A DNA stretch of 64,000 nt from the human T2T-CHM13v2.0 reference genome, Homo sapiens. The notes under the pieces are model-generated. The model was not told the origin of the DNA, made no database searches, and worked only from the letters and a program-made list of their open reading frames with translations. Positions 1 to 52,264 of the stretch are shown one piece after another (within the stretch, counting starts at the first letter, position 1; each line of letters starts with the position of its first letter). Location: the NCBI RefSeq assembly GCF_009914755.1, contig NC_060935.1; one strand, 5' to 3'. The position numbers were made by a program, and so were the translations under genes.

Positions 1-788
1 TCAGAGACTTTCATCCGGCAACCGACGGGGCTTTTTTTCTTAAAGGAGAAGCGACAGCTCAAAATACTACCCCCTTCTCCGCGCAAGATCTGGCGGCGCT
101 GGGGACAGAAAGGCCAAAGACAGGAAAGTGGGGTAGGGTGGAGGCGGAAGAACGCCCAGGCTACTTCTGCGGCCTAAAGAAGAATAGAAAGAGCCCTTGT
201 GGTATCAGTGGCTCCTCAGGGAGGCAGGTGCGCGCGCAGCCAGTCTAGGGTTTGCGTGAGGCGGGGAAAGAGGTGCGATTTCTTCTCACCCGCCTCCCTC
301 GCGAGACCTGCCCCTCGCACTGCCCCTAGCGCGCGTTGAAGTCTGGAGGGGGGAAAAAGGTCACTTTGGGATTGTCGCGAGACACAGCCGTTTAACGGTG
401 AGAACGGGTGCGCGGGGAAGGAAACCTCGCGCGCTCCCCTTTTAGCCGTTTCCTGATTGGCTGAAGGAAGGGGTGGGGGAGGGAACCTGGGGCGCCGCTG
501 CGTGTAAGACTGCGAGGGGCGGGGTGAGGAGGCTTGTCCTCTTTTCCGATTGGCCCGCTGAGCGTCTGTGGCGCGCGCGCGCGCGCGCCGCCAGCGGTAG
601 CGGACCTTGAGTGGCAGGGGGTGGGGGGGGCGCCCTCGGAGCCGGGCGGAGGGGAGGGGGGAAAGAGGAGCGCAGGGTGAGAGTGAGCCGCAGGCTTCGG
701 GAGGCGAGGGGGCGGGGGGAGCAGCGCCGAGGCCGCCGCCTCCGCCTCCGCCGCCTAGGACTAGGGGGTGGGGGACGGACAAGCCCCG

Positions 789-39203
<38,415 letters not shown>

Positions 39204-42200
39204 TGGACAGGAAGACTTGGGGCATGGGACAGCTCAGACTTTGTATTTAAAAGTTAAAAAGGACAAAAAAAAAATCTAAAGCATTTAAAATCTAGTGAAA
39301 TAACTGAAGGGCCTGCTCTTTCCATTGTGGATCACAGCACACACATACATACACCCTCCACCTCCCCATCCCCTGTTCTCCCTCTGTTGCTCCCCTTATA
39401 AAATTGATGTTGTCTTTACCAGAAAGGTAGACAAAAAAGAAGCAGCAGCAGCTCTTAAAGTGAGGGTTATTCTCATACTCGGTTCCAGCCATCAGCAGAC
39501 TTCCTGCTCATCGGCAGATCCCCCTTTCCAACCTGTAACTCTGATGTGCTCTGGATCAGCTTTTAACTTTTAATCATATATTACTGTCTTCTAAATCCCT
39601 TCTCCTCCTCTACTGCTGCCCTATGGTTCTGGCTCCTACCCCCTGCGGCACACTTATCTTCAAATACCATAGAATTCTAATCTCTGGAGGCTGGCAGCTT
39701 GACTTGGCACTTTAGGGCCCCTTAGCAGGGTGAGCTGTTAAAACAGCACACATCTCTCATCCCCTCTTCCTTTATTCCCCCCTGGGTTTCAGAAAGGAAG
39801 GATATATGGGGACCACCTCCCCCTTCTTTGATCCCAGCATCTCAGTCCCCCTCCCAACCCTCCATATGGCTCTCAATGGTGCTCACTTGCTTGGAAGCAG
39901 GCTCCCAATAGGGAGGGGGCTGCCCTCTACAGTCTCTTTGACTGTAAGACAGGGCTCTGTATCAGTGAGACGATGAGAAAAGTCCCAGGCTAATGGCAGA
40001 AATTTGCACTTTGAACATGTGTGTTTTTGTGTTGTGGAACCTGAGATTCCTTATTTATTAACAGGAAGTCTGATTTTTTTTTTTTTGGAGTCTTTGTTGC
40101 TATATTTTGTGGGGCTGGGAGAGAGAGATTAGATTATTTTGACATGGGATCCCTTCCATAACAGGTACTTTGAAGGCAAGACATAGGGTTGAAGAAGCAC
40201 AACCAGCCTCTGAAATCATAGCTCTCCAGTGGCTTTTAAAGAAAGCTGGTCCTCAGCACTAACAAAATCACTACAATAGCCTAGTGCTTTTTTGGAAGCC
40301 TTTTTAGGGAAGAATGTTAGGTTCATGGTAACTAGTATGCTCTTTGAGATTTTTACAGTGTTGAAACTTAAGAATTTTGAGAGGGTGAGGAGGGTTGTTC
40401 AGAATCTAAATTACAGATAGATGATTGTTTCTTGTGAATTTGTTTCTTTTCCTTTTTTTTTGTCCCTACCATTTCCTTACATTTCCCTTGGGGCCCATCT
40501 CTGGCTCCTTGCTTTTTGTTTCTTGCTTTGCTTTATCAGTTCATTCCAGCTCCCTGTTAGTGAAGGACACTGCTGTTAGTGAAGGAACAAAGTCTATGAG
40601 TCCTAAAATTTTAAGTCAAAGAAAACTGCTCTGTTTCCCCTTTAGTAACACTTCTGAAGAGGAAAAACTTCAATGGCCAAAGTTAATAATCCTATATAAT
40701 AATTGCTTTGGCTTTCACCTAAAATTCTGGGCATCACAATTTCCTTGGGATAGAGGTTGTGTTGGGGAATAGATTGCTTATTGCTGTTCACTGGAGAGAA
40801 AAGGTAGTGTTTTTGTACAAGATCATACCGCCAGAAGCCCCAAATCCTATTTTGGCTCATCTTCAGGTAAAGAGTAATTCCTATCCTGTGTGCCTCAGAA
40901 GCTAGAATCGAAGGCTTACCCTATTCATTGTTTATTGTCAGAAATGCATGATGGCTCTTGGAAAGAATGACGTTTTGCTGGAAAAAAAAAAAAGAACAGT
41001 TTGTGTTTCACAAACATGGCTTATCAATTTTTTCAAAGAATTCTTTTTTCCCAAAAAGAGGAGTAACAAAATGTCATTTCTGAAAGAGGCTTACTTTATA
41101 CCAACTAGTGTCAGCATTTGGGATGCCAGGGAACAGAGAGTGAGACACCTACAATCACCAGTCTCAAATGCGCTATTGTTTCTTTTCAGAGTGTTGCAGA
41201 TTTGCCATTTCTCCATAATATGGGGATAGAAAATGGAATAAAGATAGAAGGGATGTAGAATATGCTTTCCTGCCAACATGGTTTGGAGTCGACTTTGGTA
41301 TATTGACTAGATTTGAAAATACAAGATTGATTAGATGAATCTACAAAAAAGTTGTCCTCCTCTCAGGTCCCTTTTACACTTTTTGACTAACTAGCATCTA
41401 TATTCCACACTTAGCTTTTTTGTCACACTTATCCTTTGTCTCCGTAAATTTCATTTGCAGTGGTTAGTCATCAGATATTTTAGCCACCTACACAAAAGCA
41501 AACTGCATTTTTAAAAATCTTTCTGAGATGGGAGAAAATGTATTCTCCTTTCCTATACCGCTCTCCCAACAAAAAAACAACTAGTTAGTTCTACTAATTA
41601 GAAACTTGCTGTACTTTTTCTTTTCTTTTAGGGGTCAAGGACCCTCTTTATAGCTACCATTTGCCTACAATAAATTATTGCAGCAGTTTGCAATACTAAA
41701 ATATTTTTTATAGACTTTATATTTTTCCTTTTGATAAAGGGATGCTGCATAGTAGAGTTGGTGTAATTAAACTATCTCAGCCGTTTCCCTGCTTTCCCTT
41801 CTGCTCCATATGCCTCATTGTCCTTCCAGGGAGCTCTTTTAATCTTAAAGTTCTACATTTCATGCTCTTAGTCAAATTCTGTTACCTTTTTAATAACTCT
41901 TCCCACTGCATATTTCCATCTTGAATTGGTGGTTCTAAATTCTGAAACTGTAGTTGAGATACAGCTATTTAATATTTCTGGGAGATGTGCATCCCTCTTC
42001 TTTGTGGTTGCCCAAGGTTGTTTTGCGTAACTGAGACTCCTTGATATGCTTCAGAGAATTTAGGCAAACACTGGCCATGGCCGTGGGAGTACTGGGAGTA
42101 AAATAAAAATATCGAGGTATAGACTAGCATCCACATAGAGCACTTGAACCTCCTTTGTACCTGTTTGGGGAAAAAGTATAATGAGTGTACTACCAATCTA

Positions 42201-43050
42201 ACTAAGATTATTATAGTCTGGTTGTTTGAAATACCATTTTTTTCTCCTTTTGTGTTTTTCCCACTTTCCAATGTACTCAAGAAAATTGAACAAATGTAAT
42301 GGATCAATTTAAAATATTTTATTTCTTAAAAGCCTTTTTTGCCTGTTGTAATGTGCAGGACCCTTCTCCTTTCATGGGAGAGACAGGTAGTTACCTGAAT
42401 ATAGGTTGAAAAGGTTATGTAAAAAGAAATTATAATAAAAGGGATACTTTGCTTTTCAAATCTTTGTTTTCTCTTATTCTAGGTAAGGCATATTAAAAAT
42501 AAATATGTAAAGAAGAAAAATAAAAGTTGTCTTCATGGAAGCAACTTGTCTTCCTTGGTTGTACTGAGTTACAGTTATCCTAGGGGTGAAACATGTGATG
42601 CTGCTAAGCAAACCAAATGCCCTCAGAACAGGTGTTATGTGGGGCATACTATTGTTTGCTTTTGTTGAGAATCAGGTGGTTAATTTTTGACTGTTCTTGA
42701 TTTCTAATGCTGAAATGACATGATTCTGTTATTCAGCAAACTTGGAAATCTTGATGTTTTGACAACTGCCTCCTAGGAAAACTGGCCATATGTTAATTAA
42801 CCTAGTAGATGGAAAATTAAGGATTATGTGAGGTTAATTTTACCCTGATAATGACAAAACCTTGATAGCATTTAATATTAATACTTCTTCTCAAAATTGA
42901 ATGTTTATATCAAGTACTGATTTTTATTTTAAAAAAGAAAAAACTATAATCCTTCTGCCTTCCAAAAGCCATGCTGTGATAGCTGCCCAGGCTGCTCTGT
43001 TACATCTCCCATTTATTGTTTACTTTTATAAATTTGCTTCTAAGATGGTA
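39204..43050 (+). other. ZFP91: ZFP91 3'UTR (long, largely repeat-free) with tandem poly(A) signals
   Basis: AATAAA at 41669, 42434, 42498 and 42519; variant TATAAA at ~43027 followed by GT/T-rich sequence. The exact 3' end is approximate. Confidence 0.7.
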
Positions 43051-44250
43051 TGTGTTTCAGCTTATTGGCAATATCTATGATATAAATAATGAAAGCTAAT
43101 TATTTCATTTAGCCCTTACCCAATAAGCATCATTTTCTAAGTTAAATGCAATAGAATGACAACCCTCCAAGTACCTTTTAACTTTTATACTGTCATTTCA
43201 AAGCCCAGCTCATTCTCTTATTTTAAGAAGCATGTGGTATGACTGGGTAGGGGAGAAAAAAGGAAAGCATGTTGTCACTTGAGTGAGACTGCTTTAGAAA
43301 TGTTACCAAGTTAGCGTTGGGTGTTTCCTGTTCTTTGGAAGAGAACAGGCCTAAACAGTACCTTCCTCCTCCTATGTAGCTACCAGGAAGGCACCGTGAT
43401 TGAAATTAGAGATGCTTCCTTGCTTGATTTTTAAGTATAAATTAAATTACCTTTAAAAAGTACGTAAGGTTAGGAGTGAAAAAAATCCTGTTTTTAAAGG
43501 ACTTCACACACCCTTTGTTTCTTGAACAAGATGTGAACTACCTAAACAGAAAATGAAATTGGAAAGTCAGTGGGAGAGACAACTATAGAATCAGACTTCT
43601 ATTTAAATTCAAGCCTCGTTACTTGATTTTGTGCATGTTATTTCTTGAAGTTTCAGTTTCTTATATGGAGAAATAACATTTACCTCAGAAATATTCTGAA
43701 GATCAAATGGAATTGTTTTAAAGTATTTAGCTTACTGACTGACCCATGGTAGATACTTAATAAATGGCAGCTGTGTCAATAACAATTTTATTGAATGAAC
43801 ATTTCGCCAGCCTATGAGAAAAAAGACATGGGAAGCATAAGGGAGAATGATAATAAAATGAACTAATTCTAAGTGTGTGAGATAGATTACATTAGGCAGG
43901 GGTGCCATGAGGATTGGTATGATAGTGACCTTGTTGCTAAGTGCAAAAGCAAAACAATGACATAGAAACAAGTGTGCTAAGTACTGAGTGGAGGAGAGAG
44001 ATGGAGGCAGACGCTGCAGGGGAAAAAAAATCTGATTAAAAAGGGCCCTTTGATTCCACAGGCACAAAAATCCACAGCCAGGAATTTGCTACCTCCTCTG
44101 AGTCAGGCAGGGCGTGGGGGTGGGGTGCACAATCCCATTAGTAGAGAATGCCCAGTGGGTTTAGTCTTTGAGAGTCACATCTCTTATTTGGACCAGTATA
44201 GACAGAAGTAAACCCAGCTGACTTGTTTCCTGGGACAGTTGAGTTAAGGG

Positions 44251-46020
44251 ATGGCTTTCACAGAGCATTCACCGCTGACCCCTCACCGTCGGGACCTCTG
44301 TAGCCGCTCTATCTGGCTAGCAAGGAAGATTCGTTCAGACCTGACTGCTCTTACGGAATCCTATGTAAGTTGCCTATTTTGCTGTTATCTGTTTTCCCTT
44401 CATCTTTTTTGATCCAGCAACTTACCATCACGCATCAGCTCCATTACCAATTGTGAAAGCTCTAATCATATAGTCATTCATATAGGTTATTTGACATGGG
44501 CCCTTCCCTTGAGGAAACCCATGTGACTTTATTTTCTTCCTCTGGGCTGTTTAGGAGATGAAGTTACTTGAATGAGAAAATATATATGGAGTTCTAGAAA
44601 GGATTGGTTTATATGTCTTGGAGGCTATTCCAAATTTATTGGCATATATTCTGAATACTACTAGAACAGATTAGCCATGGGCCCTCTGGGTTCTTCATAG
44701 CCATTGTTCTGAATTTTTTAGCTATGTAAATGAAAGGTTTATGGGATAGGAAGAGTACTATGAACGTGGGAGGAATTTGTAAATCCTACCAATTTCTCCT
44801 ATATAGCATTAGCCACCCACCTTTTAGTATTCTGCATCAAAAGTAGATTGTGTCTAAAGAGAAAGGTAAGCTATCAAAAGGATCTCCTAGAAGATTCATT
44901 GGAAACTTGTGGAAGTGTCAAATTCTTGAGCTAATTCTGGAGTTCCAGATTTGTCTTCTAACAGTAAGGGGATCCCCATCAATTTCCACCTGAGATATGC
45001 TGTGGAAATACTCCAACCCCTGTGGAGAGTTTTGAATTTAGGCTGAGAACTGATTTATCTTTGTACAGCCTCACCAGACAGAAATCAGACTCTTTGGGAG
45101 TGCTCAATGGGGAGAGGGAAGTTAGAGAAATTCTACAATGGCTATATTCCAAGTTTTCCTAGTTGTGGCCAGTGTCTTTTACAAGTATGTTTAAAAATAC
45201 TTTAATATGATTAAAATATTCCAGTTAATGAGAGAGTTTGAAGTGAGAAGGAAAAATTCTTCTAAATCAGTTTTCAACCTTTAGAACTCAATAAAATCTG
45301 AACATTCTTCTAAGAAAAATCCATAGGTAGTCAATTTCAGGGAGTATTGGGTCTTTCTAAAGTCCAGTCATAGAGCCCAAATTAAGAGTTCCTACTGTAG
45401 ACATATTATTTACTTTACAACTTGGATCCTTGGCCAGAGAGATGAGTGAGATTTTGTATGAAATTTAGGGGTGATTTAAGGACACTGGGGTGATGACAGA
45501 AGATGTGGTGTTTTCCTGTATCCTCGGCCAGGTGAAGCATCAGGGCCTGAACAAGAACATCAACCTGGACTCTGCGGATGGGATGCCAGTGGCAAGCACT
45601 GATCAGTGGAGTGAGCTGACCGAGGCAGAGCGACTCCAAGAGAACCTTCAAGCTTATCGTACCTTCCATGTTTTGTTGGCCAGGCTCTTAGAAGACCAGC
45701 AGGTGCATTTTACCCCAACCGAAGGTGACTTCCATCAAGCTATACATACCCTTCTTCTCCAAGTCGCTGCCTTTGCATACCAGATAGAGGAGTTAATGAT
45801 ACTCCTGGAATACAAGATCCCCCGCAATGAGGCTGATGGGATGCCTATTAATGTTGGAGATGGTGGTCTCTTTGAGAAGAAGCTGTGGGGCCTAAAGGTG
45901 CTGCAGGAGCTTTCACAGTGGACAGTAAGGTCCATCCATGACCTTCGTTTCATTTCTTCTCATCAGACTGGGATCCCAGCACGTGGGAGCCATTATATTG
46001 CTAACAACAAGAAAATGTAG
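44251..46020 (+). CDS. CNTF: Ciliary neurotrophic factor, join(44251..44364,45532..46020), 200 aa, IL-6-family four-helix cytokine with no signal peptide
   Basis: MAFTEHSPLTPHRRDLCSRSIWLARKIRSDLTALTESY|gtaagt ... ggccag|VKHQGLNKNINLDSADG...GLFEKKLWGLKVLQEL...NNKKM*; 114+489 = 603 nt. Confidence 0.98.
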
Positions 46021-47204
46021 CAGTTAGTCCCTTCTCTCTTCCTTGCTTTCTCTTCTAATGGAATATGCGTAGTTCCCTGGGGCCTCGCTTTCCCATCTTA
46101 AATTTCTAAAAACAGTTAAGACAACAGGCATTTTCTTTCTTTTTTCTCTGACCACCTGCAGCCTGTTGAAGGACTACAGGTATTTTCATCAAGTAGCGTT
46201 GGAGACATACACAAATGGGCATACAAGTTTAGCCTGGGGGGTGTGATTTGTGTGCGTGCTTGCATGTGCTGCAGGTGTAAGAGAGTGGGAGCAGGGACAA
46301 CGTCCTTCCACTTCAGGGTTCTAACCTTTCTAACCCACTAAGTAACCTCTACAGGCATTTAACTGCCTTACAGACAGAATATACATATGTTAATTCTAGT
46401 CCTGGATGACTCGGTCTGAGAAGATTCAATTTAAAATCAGACTCTTTAGTTGATTTAAACTCTTAGAGAATAAGAATAATAATGGCTAACTTTTATTATC
46501 TTCTATATTAAGGCAGTATGCCAAGGGTCTTTATGTATATTATGTACAGCGTTTACAACCTTGTGAGCAAGGTGGTGTTACTCCCATTAGGTAGATGAGA
46601 AAACAGGCTCACAGAGATTTGGTTAAGCTCACACAGCTAACAAGTAGCACACTGAGTTTGAACACAGATCATTCTCCTTGTAAAAGCCTATGTGCCTTTC
46701 ACTTTAGAGGCTTGATCATGAATCACTGCACCTCTTTGTCACAGGGTGTTGGAAGATGCATCCATGTAATCTATTCCCATCGCTGGAAAACAGCTGCTGT
46801 TAGATGTCCTCAGAAGTCAGTTGCAAATTTTAGCGTTAAAGTCAGGATTTATTGTTCATACTTGGCGGTGAGGAGGGCAGCTGGAGATCTTAAGATTCCA
46901 TTTTGGAAAATGATTAGGCCCGCCAAACTTCTGAACTTTGGAAGCTGGGGATGTTTAGTAATACAGCCTGGTTTTCAAGTACTCACTAAAAGTTCTCAAA
47001 TATTGGGTTGGGCACGGCTTATACCAGGTTACCTCACTTTTAATTAGTGATGCAGGCAGTGTAACCCAAGCATTTGTGGACAATGAGTGGAATACTAAAG
47101 TTAAAAAGTCAAACTTTCACCTCAGATTTTCTGGACTTAGTCATGAGGAGAGGGTGAGGCCCACTCTGTTCCTACTGGAGATACCAGAGACTCTGAAACT
47201 ATAG

Positions 47205-47210
47205 AATAAA
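47205..47210 (+). terminator. CNTF: Likely CNTF polyadenylation signal
   Basis: AATAAA ~1.2 kb after the stop codon, with a T-rich element about 35 nt downstream. Confidence 0.7.
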
Positions 47211-47840
47211 GCCTCTGTGCTGCACAACAAAGGGGCAGGCTCTGCTTTTATTTCTTGTAAGAACCAACATAGTATGAAAGGTTGGTCAATGCGGACATTA
47301 ATGGAAAAGGCCATGTACTGGTGGTGTGATGTGAATCCAGAAATTTTCAAGTGTGTCATTTATTTTATACTTATCAATTAAAACTCAAGATCATGGATTG
47401 GGAGACCAAGTTAATTTAATTAACTGGGGCTTCTGTATTCGTAAATGAACCATGAGTCAGGGCTAACTCCCATAGGTTTCATGAGGTGTGGATGAGTAGC
47501 TTAGCTTGTATCCTTTCTCACATGGGTGTGTGTACAAAACTCCATGAAGTCACTATTACCAGAGTACTCTGGGCTAGGCATTGTAACAGTTCAGGGAAAG
47601 TAAGGCCCTGCTTTCTAATATGCATTTGTGGCAATATGGTTGTGAGTGTGTATACACACACACGTACATTACTGTGATCAGTGATGCAGACAGTGTAACC
47701 CAAGCCTTTGTGGACAGTGAGTGGAATACTACTCAAGTTAAAAAGTCACAGAACTCCTTCACCTCACATTCTCTGGACTTAGTCATGAGGAGAGGGTGAG
47801 GCCTACTCTGTTCTCACTGGAGATACCAGAGATTCTGTAA

Positions 47841-47845
47841 ACACA

Positions 47846-47883
<38 letters not shown>
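47841..47883. repeat. (CA)n microsatellite
   Basis: Direct read. Confidence 0.95.
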
Positions 47884-47886
<3 letters not shown>

Positions 47887-49607
47887 TCGAAATTATAAGT
47901 CCCAGGTTTGTTAGGAAGCTAAAGGAAGGAGAGGGGCCCAAAGTAGTTTCCCGGAGGAGGTAGGAGTTGTGTCTCAGTACAAAACTACAAAATACTCTGT
48001 ACTGGTTGAGTACAAAAGAGAAGTCATGAGAGAAGGGAAGAGGTGATCATTTGTAATTTTGGCACTGAATGTATAGTCTTATTCCATTCAAGCTTTCTCT
48101 TAATTCTGCTTAACAGCAGCATTCTCAAATAATAAAATTTCTGCTTATTAATATGAAGCTCTTAGAGCTATCTGGATAATACTTTTGTTCAATGGAGAAA
48201 TATGTCTACAATTTCTTAATGGGGAATAACTGACTATGAATTTGCTGCATCTAAAATGACCCCATCAATTATACATGTAAAAATAAGTTTTTGAAATTTT
48301 TTAAATAAAAAATTAAAAGATGTTGCCCCCATACTCCCTCCATCAAAAATGTTTTTAAAAAATGAGTGTCCCCTCTCCAAGTGTTTTTATGTTCAGCAGG
48401 TACAGCAGCAGACATCTGCAGAAGTTTCAGAACTCAGTGGAGCTTGGCTTAAGCTCTCATGAGTTGCATGTAAAGGAATATGTATGTATAAGAGGCGGAT
48501 TTGAAGTGGCAGAGGGTCCACAAAAGGCACAAGTACTAACCACTGAATGGGAGGAGATAGAAAAATGTGTAAGTCACAATTAAGTCACAGAATCACCAAG
48601 TCTTTACCAAGTGCATTGTCAGCACTTTGCAAAACGCTGTGTACTTGTCTTTCAGGAAGCATACAATATGCACCCAAAAGAAGTGTGGGGAAAGCTAATC
48701 TTAGAAAAAGATAAAGGGGAAATGAGCAGTAGACCATGCAACAAAAATCAACATGTATGAGATCTGAATGTGTAGACATTGCATCATGTTTATTTGAAAT
48801 GGATAAATAGAAAAAGGGACTGAATGGATTAGTATTCTAGATGTGTGCCTTATAGTAAAGAAGAGGATAACGATGACACTATGGAATTACGTTTTTTTAG
48901 GAATATAGAACCCCAAGAAGATTTTGTTCATTAGGTTTTATTCTGTTGATCTGATATGGATAAGATCTCTGGGAAATCATATATGGTATAACTATATAGA
49001 TTGAATTATAGTTTAAGGTACATAGATTTAGTTTCTAGCCCTAACTCATTTTGTAAAAACAATTTCTTCTGCCTCCTTTTCAGAGAGTACCTTCTGAAAA
49101 GTCCTCTGTGGGTAAAGAGATCTTGTTTTCCTGAGTCAAGGAATTGCATGGATGAGAGTTTTTCTTGCATTCATGTAAGAGGGTGATTTGGAAAAGGCTC
49201 GCAAATCAGCACAAACTTGAAGGCCAAGCATGGAATAAAATTAGCCTTAAGATAATCAGGTTTAAGTGAAGGGAGAGTTTTAATAAAAATGGAAAATGTA
49301 AAGTCATAGCTCTGGTATTGCTGTTATTTCAAGCTGCTATGGATCAATGCCCAAAGGATGACTCATTGTTGTGATCACTTGTCAGACAGGGAGAGGACTA
49401 GTAAATATTTCAGGAAGACATATCTGAAAAGTTATTTAGATTGAATTTTGTTTGTGAATCCTCAGCTCCTCATGAGGTACCTGAGCATCTCTGTTAAGGG
49501 GTGAAATAGAGACACGGGAAGCAGAGAGACCTCCACCAGGATGTAAAGGGGATTGGTAAAGAGGAAGGGGGTAGGGGGGAGTAGAATTTTGATTTCACTT
49601 CAGTTGA

Positions 49608-49609
<2 letters not shown>

Positions 49610-49646
<37 letters not shown>
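49610..49646. repeat. (TG)n microsatellite
   Basis: Direct read. Confidence 0.95.
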
Positions 49647-49647
<1 letters not shown>

Positions 49648-51809
49648 ACGCGTGTGTGACTAATGTACTGTTAATGTACTGTTTAGGTCAGGACATTTCT
49701 TAAAAGGAATGCTTTGGCCTCCTGCCTCATCCCACCTCCACTGCAAGCGTCAGACCCACCCAAGAATGAGCTCTCTGAATGTGGGTGCATTCAAAAGCGA
49801 AAAATGATAAAAACTTCATTTCTTGGCTTCTGTAGCCCTCTGAGAACTACAGATAAAGACAGAATAAGATAATTTGATGGTTTGATGAAGTGTCTGGGTG
49901 TGAGATAAAATCTATGTGCTTATGATTCTTAATATAAAAGATTATTTCGATCAATCTGGTTTGAACACATAGAAAACAAAAGATGCAAGAATAGCTAACA
50001 ATAAAGTTCTTTTCTCAGCAATACCATAAGTTACTTCTTTTCTGTATCTTTGGATGAATGAGGGGAATTTCAAGTGACTTCAGCATTGGATGAAGCATAA
50101 TCCTCCTAGCCAGGGCCAGGCCCAATCAAGCGTGCTGAGTAAATCTCCATGGTGCCAGGCCACTCACACTGGGCAAAACTCCCAGGGCCAGTCAGCCTAG
50201 AAAAGGTAGATTGCCCCTATATCACCAGGCCAATGCTTTGCCCTCTGAATACGTAGTCCTATCAGCTAGACTGCAGATGAGAATGATTTCCTTTTATATG
50301 GCTTAATTGCAAGTAGCTGACCACCCCCCCCCCCCCATTAAGCCTTTGACTTCAAGAGAAGAACCCTGACTAGCCCATTTTTAGTCAGGTTGGAGGTAGA
50401 AACCAAATTGTTGAAAATCACATAGAGGAAAATATGAAACAGTTACTGAGAGATTCTGTATTTCTATCCACATATTTAAGGTAGTATGAAAGGGAATAAT
50501 GTAACATGTCAGGCAGCTCTGCATTATTTTATATTATTTAATCCTCTGACATATCTCTTAGATGAGGAAAATGAGAATGAGCATTAACTTGCCCAAATTT
50601 CCTCCTCTAGCACCTGACAGGGCTGGAGTCTTAATTCTGGCTCTAAAGCTCACTTCACTACATCTTGTGCCATAGGACATCTGGTAATCAAAATTCTCTT
50701 ATTCTGAAATCCATTCTCTGTCTCTAATCCACTCTCCTTGGCTAAAGCCAATACAGGCTTGTACAGAATTTTGCTTTGTAACGAAGTCTATATAAGTTTC
50801 TAAACTTTCAGACAAGTCACTCTTTTTTCTGAGCTTCCTCATTTGTGAAATGAAAATGATGAAAAATAGCTAACTACACAGTTGTTATAGACAAATTGAG
50901 TATCTGAAATTACTTGTAACTGACATGCAGACATCATCAGGTATATTTAATGCCTCAGGTAGCTTGGATTCAGAGTTGATTGAGGAGCAAGCTCCTAAGT
51001 ATCTCAGAGAATACCACCTGCTTACCAGGAATGATCTGGCCACAGCCTCAACTTCACCCTATTGTGCCTATTGGCCTTTGGCCACTGGAGGTTGACCCAG
51101 CAGTCTCACTCACAGCCTCCAGGAATCATCCACTTCCCTGGAGAGTTACAACCCAGGCCATTCACCCAGGAGGCAGCTTTCACGGTAGGCATGGTCAGAC
51201 AAGTCCTGGAGAAGCCTGGTAGGCTCCAGAGGGAGCCAAGGAAACATGCCGTCTAAGGAGCTGCCCAGGATACATTAAAGCATGCGTTTAGACTTAGAAT
51301 CATCCCACCGTACGCCTACACCCTCCTGTTAATACCAGAAGGAACTCAAACTTCATTTAGTTCAATCCCTTCGTTAAACATAACATGAAGAAGCCAAAGA
51401 GGTTCAGCAATTTGCCCTGACATCCCAGCTAAAAAGTGGCAGAATGAGACCTACAGTCCATGGATCCCCTGGCTGCACTTTCCTGCTTCTCCATCAAACC
51501 AACCTCATTTTAGGAAACATCTGGTCTTTCTTGCTCTCTTGTATGCAGCGCCCTCTAGCTCCCTCAACTCTAATAATCCTTTAGAAGCTCTAGGAACAGC
51601 ACCTCATCCAGACTTCTTTTGCCACTCCAACCCCCACCTCTACTATAATTTGAGGGTGCTATATTTCATCCTTCCCCTGATACGATGGGGGAAAGATGTG
51701 GCCCATTCTGAGGAATGCATTCTGAGTAATGGCTAAATATGTTACTCATTTCAGGGTAAGTGTCGTTTGAACAAGGCACTCAGGGAAGCTTTTTAAAAAT
51801 AATATTCTG

Positions 51810-52152
<343 letters not shown>

Positions 52153-52264
52153 TCAACCCTTATTCCACAGGTAAGGTAAAGGTTTAGGACTAATTTCTCT
52201 TCTCTTAATCCCTGACTCCTGTCTCCAAAGCTTGGGATGGTGGTAGCGTTGGAGGTTACACAAA

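Noticed and set aside
45490-45531. Apparent 176-aa single-exon CNTF ORF starting at 45490
   Set aside because: The first 14 codons are intron sequence; the real exon 2 starts at 45532.
51100-51270. - strand GMFPWLPLEPTRLL / AASWVN, vaguely like MPEG1 C-terminal GLFTGGSLPPARLP / ARSWIK
   Set aside because: Short, in conflicting frames, lacking the P2-domain cysteine motifs and 9 kb from the real fragment; chance cannot be excluded without a search.
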